Of a stretch of DNA of 64,000 bases, positions 57,990 through 64,000 are shown in pieces. The position numbers were made by a program, and so were the translations under genes. Within the stretch, counting starts at the first letter, position 1, and the number at the start of each line of letters is the position of its first letter. A model generated the notes under the pieces. That model worked only from the letters and a program-made list of their open reading frames with translations, had not been told where the DNA came from and ran no database searches. The DNA is from a virus. The stretch lies in IMG/VR virus record IMGVR_UViG_3300024054_000008, positions 1 to 64,000 of that record; one strand, written 5' to 3'.

Positions 57990-59013
57990 CTGATATGTCC
58001 TTATCCCATAATTTGCTATTGAACTCTTTGTGTTTGCGAATTGGCTTTGAATAATCAAACGTTGGATCAGACATTTGCTTCATAATAGACATTTCTTTGT
58101 CAGTCAAACCTGGTCTATACCAATCTAATGGTCGTTCATTATTTGCACCAGGCAACCATGAATATGTATCAAGTTTTGCCTTCTTTTTCCTCGCACCTTT
58201 CAAAACTGTAACATCTCCGTCAGTTGGATTTGGATTAGGCGGATTGCTCAAATCATATTCACCAGATCCTGGATATTCTGAAAAATCAGAATGTGGTGAA
58301 ATTTCATCAGACGGAAAATCTGATGGAGGATTAAATGAACCTTCATATCCTGATCCAGAAGCCGGTCCGATTCTGTCAACCCTAGGTCCAGGGAGTGTGC
58401 TGACCGGAACCGAAGAATTCCCACCAGCTAATTTTGATTTAGTTGCTGAAGTTTGAAAAAATTGATGTTCATCATCATCTTCTGATGAAGATGATGAATC
58501 ATCTGTGTCTATAATAGGGTTTTCTGGTTTTGGATTCTCGAATATTTCTTGTTCGTATTCTTGTTCAACGTGCTGTTCAGGATTAGATCGAATTTCTTGA
58601 ACGTCATCTACAATTTCTTCAATCTCATCAGATGTAGCGTTTCTCCAGTGTGGAGCACTAATTTCATCGTGGATTGTATCAGAAAATGATGACAATAATT
58701 CAACAGAATTTGCAAGAGCGGCTCTTAGGTCCTTTACTGATTGTATATACCCACGTCCACCAAGAAGTCCATCAGGGCTAAATTTTGAAGATGACATTTT
58801 AGAAAAAATTCTAAAAGCTGCAGTTGCATAACTATGTGACCTTTGTGCAGCCCACAAGATTTTAGCTAAATCTCGATGCGAATTAGAGTCAAATTCAAAT
58901 TCACGAAATCTTATATCCCTTCGTAGCGGTCCTTGGTCTTTCTTAAATTCTATTAACCCGGCTGTCCGAGTGTGTGAATTTGAGATCCGCTTTGCAATGT
59001 CTTCTAAACTCAT
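57979..59013 (-). CDS. Hypothetical protein (putative virion/head protein)
   Basis: ATG 59013 with GAGG SD; folded-looking N-terminal half, acidic disordered C-terminal half. Confidence 0.55.
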   Translation of the reverse strand: MSLEDIAKRISNSHTRTAGLIEFKKDQGPLRRDIRFREFEFDSNSHRDLAKILWAAQRSHSYATAAFRIFSKMSSSKFSPDGLLGGRGYIQSVKDLRAALANSVELLSSFSDTIHDEISAPHWRNATSDEIEEIVDDVQEIRSNPEQHVEQEYEQEIFENPKPENPIIDTDDSSSSSEDDDEHQFFQTSATKSKLAGGNSSVPVSTLPGPRVDRIGPASGSGYEGSFNPPSDFPSDEISPHSDFSEYPGSGEYDLSNPPNPNPTDGDVTVLKGARKKKAKLDTYSWLPGANNERPLDWYRPGLTDKEMSIMKQMSDPTFDYSKPIRKHKEFNSKLWDKDISGAI

Positions 59014-59014
59014 T

Positions 59015-59263
59015 TTAAACCTCAACTACAGGACCTTGATCATCATCAACAAGACGCTCTATGTAAGACCCGTTTTCATCTTCACCTAGTTTCCAAAAGT
59101 CATTTTTTGAAAGTCTAACTAATTTGTCATCGGCAACAAATTGAAACCCAGCCAAATCAAGTAAACCAGCAATTCTCATTCTGTTGCCAGCTTGACGAGA
59201 TTTTGGCGGATTAAAAAAATCATCAACTGAACTCGATGATAGCCTTATGTCCTCTATCTTCAT
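59015..59263 (-). CDS. Small hypothetical protein
   Basis: 82-aa ORF tightly packed in the operon. Confidence 0.55.
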   Translation of the reverse strand: MKIEDIRLSSSSVDDFFNPPKSRQAGNRMRIAGLLDLAGFQFVADDKLVRLSKNDFWKLGEDENGSYIERLVDDDQGPVVEV

Positions 59264-59266
59264 GAC

Positions 59267-60175
59267 TTACTCCTCTGTCACATTAAGAGTTATTGGAATA
59301 TCTATATACTGATTAGAAGCTGTTGGTGATTGAATACGGATTGTATCATTGTATACGCCAACTATTTGAGGAACAGCACCAGCAACAATAGACAACGAAA
59401 CTGTAGTTGATTCACCGCCAATAAGTGGGCCGCCAGAAATTGGGTCTATTGATAACCATGCACTAGTATTATTAACTTTTGCAACAGTAAATGTCATAGT
59501 TGACGTAACAGGGCCAACATTTGAAACAGTCAATATGCTGATACCAGACGAAGAAGAACCGACAGCTATTGAAAATGTAACTGTTAATGGCAGAACTGAA
59601 ATTACTGGTTTTGGTAACACAGTAACAACAACTGAAACGGTCGATAACATATTAGAATTACTTTGATCTGATATTGTTATTGACCCACTATAAGGTGATT
59701 CAGACGCATATAATTGTGACGGATCAACACGAACTCCAAATGTTGCAGTTAAATTTTGTGATATTCCGACGGCTTGGGTTGGAGTTGTTGATAGCCAAGC
59801 TGCGCCTGGAACAGCGTTAGCTGTTAAAAACGACCCGAATGCACCGTTGTTCATTATTATAACGTCACCAACGTCTTCAGGCGAAGATCCTTCAGTAACA
59901 GTAAGAACAAACAAAGCCGGACTTGGAGACACGAGATATATTGATGATTGAACCTGTTGAGTCATAGAAGTTATGGAATTTGCCATAGCTTCAACGACAT
60001 CACCTGGAAGTGGTAAATTTACGCTATTAAGCGGTCCAAAAGGCGACCTAATATCAATTATTTCAAATCTTTGCCCATACCCATTTATATTGTTTGCTCT
60101 CGTAGTCCATAGCCATGTGCCACCAACAGATGGTATGCTAAATTCAAATCCACCACCAGAAACAGTATAGGCCAT
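59267..60175 (-). CDS. Putative structural protein with two BACON/Ig-like domains
   Basis: Repeated AAWLSTTPT / SAWLSIDPISG with Y.GSITI / YNDTIRI strands; Ser/Thr/Val-rich. Confidence 0.6.
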   Translation of the reverse strand: MAYTVSGGGFEFSIPSVGGTWLWTTRANNINGYGQRFEIIDIRSPFGPLNSVNLPLPGDVVEAMANSITSMTQQVQSSIYLVSPSPALFVLTVTEGSSPEDVGDVIIMNNGAFGSFLTANAVPGAAWLSTTPTQAVGISQNLTATFGVRVDPSQLYASESPYSGSITISDQSNSNMLSTVSVVVTVLPKPVISVLPLTVTFSIAVGSSSSGISILTVSNVGPVTSTMTFTVAKVNNTSAWLSIDPISGGPLIGGESTTVSLSIVAGAVPQIVGVYNDTIRIQSPTASNQYIDIPITLNVTEE

Positions 60176-60239
60176 GCCTAATTATCTACCACAATGAAAG
60201 TTTAACCAAAAAAGAAACTATAAAAATGTAAGTTCTGGC

Positions 60240-60497
60240 ATGAACGAACCACAACCGCCAAAAAACCTAAACTCTATTTTGCCATTTTGTCCATATTGCG
60301 GAAACATAGTCTATCCATTGTCTCTTGACGAATGCGTAATAAAATGTGAAGTAAGTTGTCACACTATTGGATGGAATAGACAATTATGGATACCTAAAAT
60401 TGTCGAACATTGTGAAAAATATGGATTCAATAAGTCACAATATGAAAAATATCTAAAAGAATGCGAAATAAAAACAAAAGAAATAATCGAAAGCTAA
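60240..60497 (+). CDS. Small Cys-containing protein with C-terminal TKEIIES tag
   Basis: FCPYCG...C...C..SCH; ends CEIKTKEIIES*. Confidence 0.5.
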   Translation: MNEPQPPKNLNSILPFCPYCGNIVYPLSLDECVIKCEVSCHTIGWNRQLWIPKIVEHCEKYGFNKSQYEKYLKECEIKTKEIIES

Positions 60498-60576
60498 TCT
60501 TATTCTCAAAATTATTTCACTTTCCAATCATAACGAACAGCTATGCGAAAATCTAAGTCATATTACCATCCAATAT

Positions 60577-61122
60577 TTAACCATACAAATATTTTGATAA
60601 ATCTTCAGCCCAAACACTCAAACTCTTAAATGTTGGATGTATACCGTCAAATAACTCCATGTCTAATTTCGAAGCGTCGTGCCAACGATCAGCCCCTGAT
60701 TGCTCAACACCAGATTTTATGAAGTCAGTCTTAACCTTCTTCGGGTTTAATTTCGGTGGCAACAACCAAACAATTTCGACGTTTTGTTTATGTGCTATGT
60801 TTACGATTTTCTTAGCATTTTTTGGGAATGCCTCTCGGTTAACTTTTACGCCCCAATCGTTAACGCCAAGAGAAACCAAAACAGTTTTTGGTTTAAAATC
60901 AGACAAAGCCTGCCTAAACCATCCTTTTGTTATCCATTGATTAGTATTAGTTCCACCGCGAGAAGTGTCACGAAGAATTTGACCGTGTTTTTTACTAGCA
61001 ATTCTTAACGGCCTAGCAAGCATATAAGCTAGGCTATCTCCAATCAACAAGTTTGGTTTAGACTCTTCAGCAAAAATGTTAGGTGCAACTAATAACGACA
61101 ATAAAAAAGAACGGCGACGCAT
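60577..61122 (-). CDS. SGNH/GDSL-family hydrolase with twin-arginine-like signal
   Basis: MRRRSFLLSLL; blocks IGDSL, SRGG, SLGVND, DGIHP. Confidence 0.85.
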   Translation of the reverse strand: MRRRSFLLSLLVAPNIFAEESKPNLLIGDSLAYMLARPLRIASKKHGQILRDTSRGGTNTNQWITKGWFRQALSDFKPKTVLVSLGVNDWGVKVNREAFPKNAKKIVNIAHKQNVEIVWLLPPKLNPKKVKTDFIKSGVEQSGADRWHDASKLDMELFDGIHPTFKSLSVWAEDLSKYLYG

Positions 61123-61143
61123 TGCAAATATTACAGTTGATAA

Positions 61144-63003
61144 TCAATCACGAGTCAACACAAACTTTGTTTTTGATTTGCCAAACACCTTCATATACCC
61201 AAATTGATTAACATAATCGGATTCTGATTTTCCCATCTTTTGAGCATGATCATACAATGTTTTTTTATGTATAACAAATCCTTCTTGACTAATATAGTGA
61301 TAATCAGGTTTTGTAACATGTAGCTGTTTCCAATTTGAAGCTTTATAGATTGTACCAAAATGACCAAAGGTTGAATCTGCAAAACTGACAAGAACCAATA
61401 ATTTAGAATTTTCAGAAAATATTAGTTTAGAACACCGCGATATGAACCAAGACGCAAAATTCTTTTTTTGATATTGAGGGTGTATACAAAATCTATCCAA
61501 TTCCAACATTTGACTGAAAGCATAATTCATTGAAGTCGCTACTTCTTTTCTAACCGGTGATGCAAATTTACAAACTCCAATCAATTTTTCATCAAGAAAA
61601 GCCCCATACACAACTTTAGCTGTTCTACCATATCCAGCATAATGGAATGACTGCAAAAATTCTTCAGGAGCAGAATAATAAGAATTGGGTTCTAATTTTT
61701 TCGGATTTAATTTATTAATTCGAACCTGATCAAAAGAAAAGTCACACTGTTCAATCTGGGAGCTGTTATCAAACAATTCTTTGGTTAATTTTTGTTTGAT
61801 TAGGCCAGGATTTAAAAAATCACGCTCCCACAAATACAAAATACGATAATCAGGAAAATATTTGTCTATATATGAAAATTTTGATGCATCATCCGATTTT
61901 CGTATAGAATGCCAATACTCACCATTACATTCTACCAATAAATTATGATCAGGAACATAAAGATCAAACTCAAAATAACCAATAACATGATGTCTAACAA
62001 ATTTAATATCAAGTGATTCTAATAATTGTTGAGCAACTCTTTCAAGGATACTATCTTTACCATTGAATAAAATTGATGAACGTGCTTTCGCCATCTTTTC
62101 TTTAAAAACGGGGTCACTCCACCTACTCTTAAAAAACTCAGATACTCTAATTTTGTGTTTTGGATCTGAATAGGTTTCCTTGATTTTAGCAGTTATATCA
62201 GAACGAATCTTTTGATTTTTCCATTGATTCTTGGCATTTTCTGATTTGAGAATACATAAATTCTTATCAGAAGCCGCCTTTAGTTGTTTTTCTATGTATA
62301 TCGGATCTTTCCACAATTTTTTTACATTATCTGACACCAATTTTCTTAATTCAACATTAGACCAAACCAATTTTTGCGATTTAATAATCAAATTTCTATA
62401 TTCTAAATTTTTCCAACGCTCAATGGCTAAATCAGATTGCAAATATCTATATTCACTAGTGGATTTAAATAATCTTTGTTTTTCAACATATTCTTCATTT
62501 TTGTGTAATTTACGGATCTTTTCACGTTGAAGTTCTACATTTTTTGGATCAGACCAATATTTAACGTATTTATTTCTATATATTGGATCTTTCCATAGAT
62601 TAGAAGTCGTTATTGATGCTTGTCGTCTTTTACTTGTATCTTTCCAAACTTCACTCAAAGTTGTCCTGAGTTTTTGGACCGATTCTGGGTTTGACCATCG
62701 TTCTTTTGAAATTTCAGACTGTTTCTTTCTTTTGTCGTCAGACCAAGATTTAATAATTCCGTGTTTATGTCTTTCTTGATAAATTTTATCAGTGTGCTTT
62801 GATTTTATCCCACAGGATAAACACCTATAATGTCCAACTCTCTTAATAGTTCTTAAGATTGAGGAAATCTTTAATTTTAATTTGGTTCCACAAGAACATC
62901 TTATTACTATTTGGGATTTTCTAGATATTTTGATTATATCAGTTAAAGAATCAATATCAACAATATGCGCTGGTATGCCAATCTGTTCTAATTGTTGCAA
63001 CAT
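61144..63003 (-). CDS. Helical W-x-D/N-P repeats (NUMOD3-like) + Vsr/DUF559-like nuclease + Mom-like GNAT domain fusion
   Basis: About 12 short repeats (WSNP, WKDP, WSDP...); FDLYVPDHNLLVECNGEYWH...LWERDF; LELDRFCIHPQYQKKNFASWF...SFADSTFGHFGTIYKASNW. Confidence 0.8.
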   Translation of the reverse strand: MLQQLEQIGIPAHIVDIDSLTDIIKISRKSQIVIRCSCGTKLKLKISSILRTIKRVGHYRCLSCGIKSKHTDKIYQERHKHGIIKSWSDDKRKKQSEISKERWSNPESVQKLRTTLSEVWKDTSKRRQASITTSNLWKDPIYRNKYVKYWSDPKNVELQREKIRKLHKNEEYVEKQRLFKSTSEYRYLQSDLAIERWKNLEYRNLIIKSQKLVWSNVELRKLVSDNVKKLWKDPIYIEKQLKAASDKNLCILKSENAKNQWKNQKIRSDITAKIKETYSDPKHKIRVSEFFKSRWSDPVFKEKMAKARSSILFNGKDSILERVAQQLLESLDIKFVRHHVIGYFEFDLYVPDHNLLVECNGEYWHSIRKSDDASKFSYIDKYFPDYRILYLWERDFLNPGLIKQKLTKELFDNSSQIEQCDFSFDQVRINKLNPKKLEPNSYYSAPEEFLQSFHYAGYGRTAKVVYGAFLDEKLIGVCKFASPVRKEVATSMNYAFSQMLELDRFCIHPQYQKKNFASWFISRCSKLIFSENSKLLVLVSFADSTFGHFGTIYKASNWKQLHVTKPDYHYISQEGFVIHKKTLYDHAQKMGKSESDYVNQFGYMKVFGKSKTKFVLTRD

Positions 63004-63037
63004 CTGATAAATACTTTACAGTGTTGCACATGATAAA

Positions 63038-63805
63038 TCAACCAATAGGTAAAATTTGTGCATCACCACGGTCTGCAAACTGAGGAAAGACAACCTCGTG
63101 TAAGAGGTTGAAATGCTTGTCACTTATAGCGAAAAATACTTTCCAATACTTAGAATATTTACTATTGTGAATACATTTTTCTAGGTCTTCTTTGGCTGAT
63201 TCTATAAGTTCTGTGTGTTCACTTTGACTAACTAACATTTGTACGTAAGTTTGTTTATCTCTAACTTCGTTGGCGATAAGTTCCTTTATACGATTTAAAG
63301 CTCTGAAAAACCTGTGACGAACCCGTCCTTGAGTCAACCCCATTTGCTTTGCTATTTCACTTTGACATGTTGTTTCATACATTCTCCATAATATTTCCCT
63401 GTCTTGTTCATTGAATTTTGGTCCAAGTTCAATGTCGAAGTCTTCTCTGTTCAGTTCCGGAATTGTTCTAAGAAACCTAATTCTCTTAATACCACGGTGA
63501 AGCCGATATGAAACAGCTGCTTGTGTTATACCAAATAACCTGGCTATCTGCTCTTGTTTTAATCTATCTTTATGATATAATTTAATTAGGTCAGCTTCGC
63601 GAGCTGGAATTCTTTCCAAATATGGCAAAATAGCATCAAAATCTAATTTCTTACCATTAAATAAATTTTCTTCTTTATCACGCTGTAAATTTTGTTCAAT
63701 TAATTGATCAAGATCAGCATCGGCTTCTTCCCAACCAAGCCTTTTTTCATTGCTAAATTTTGCAGACATATCATCCGGGCTCTGTATCAAAATGTGAGAC
63801 GACAT
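63038..63805 (-). CDS. Protein with two tandem sigma-70 region-4-like HTH domains
   Basis: IPAREADLIKLY...LKQEQIARLFGITQAAVSYRLHRG and FNEQDREILWRM...CQSEIAKQMGLTQGRVRHRFFRA; no region-2 motif recognised. Confidence 0.75.
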   Translation of the reverse strand: MSSHILIQSPDDMSAKFSNEKRLGWEEADADLDQLIEQNLQRDKEENLFNGKKLDFDAILPYLERIPAREADLIKLYHKDRLKQEQIARLFGITQAAVSYRLHRGIKRIRFLRTIPELNREDFDIELGPKFNEQDREILWRMYETTCQSEIAKQMGLTQGRVRHRFFRALNRIKELIANEVRDKQTYVQMLVSQSEHTELIESAKEDLEKCIHNSKYSKYWKVFFAISDKHFNLLHEVVFPQFADRGDAQILPIG

Positions 63806-64000
63806 ACCAAGCTCCAGTGCTAGATTACTAGCAGTGATGTTGATTTAGGTATGTGTCTGCGTTTGCCCGGTTTTATTTATGTCTAAATATAACCTGCAGC
63901 TGGAGCACTGACAGGCTGATATCTAACTATACAAATCAAACCGGGTCCAAAAATCCAAGAGAATCAGAAATTATTATTTTCTTGCCAGACCCAACTTTGA

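Noticed and set aside
63936-63998. Possible 3' end of an upstream gene (KVGSGKKIIISDSLGFLDPV*)
   Set aside because: Only 20 codons are visible at the window edge; not enough to support a feature.
1-64000. Eukaryotic giant virus (NCLDV) origin suggested by collagens and glycosylation genes
   Set aside because: TerL, portal, prohead protease, HK97-type MCP, SD sites and sigma-like HTHs indicate a bacterial tailed phage.
1-64000. Stop-codon reassignment
   Set aside because: Long conserved genes are intact in the standard code and TAA, TAG and TGA all end genes at sensible positions.
1-64000. tRNA, rRNA, CRISPR-Cas, reverse transcriptase/DGR/retron, integrase or IS transposase
   Set aside because: No cloverleaf, repeat-spacer array, YxDD-type RT domain or recombinase motif was recognised. 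A tRNAscan/Infernal run is needed to be certain about RNAs.

Overview
This window is part of a large, AT-rich dsDNA tailed bacteriophage genome (Caudoviricetes, standard genetic code), with most genes on the minus strand. The right half is a head-morphogenesis/packaging module, read right to left: tandem sigma-70 region-4 protein, several virion-type proteins, candidate TerS, TerL (52481-54415), a portal interrupted by three inteins (46098-51845), a prohead protease with an intein beside its presumptive catalytic Ser (37804-40677), scaffold, decoration protein and an HK97-fold major capsid protein resembling the mycobacteriophage Bxz1-type MCP (34748-35635). The left half holds putative structural genes, two very long collagen-like (G-X-Y) proteins (one absent from the ORF track, 1-2323), and accessory genes: CorA, a GT51 peptidoglycan transglycosylase, radical SAM, an epimerase/methyltransferase/GT2 cassette, FkbM methyltransferase, RtcB and a lipoprotein. 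Five free-standing genes fuse variable repeat arrays to a Vsr/DUF559-like nuclease and a Mom/GNAT-like C-terminal domain. Unexplained signals found by reading the sequence: a ~213-nt multi-stem RNA candidate just downstream of a DIP1984-like gene; a C-terminal peptide tag (T-E/K-E-V/I-V/I-x-S-stop) shared by unrelated small proteins; an R/K-I/V-A-S motif recurring in many head-region proteins; and a TG-TAnnnT box 4-6 nt before the start codon of at least 12 accessory genes (leaderless expression), whereas core structural genes use Shine-Dalgarno sites. All family assignments come from motif recognition by eye; no database search was run.
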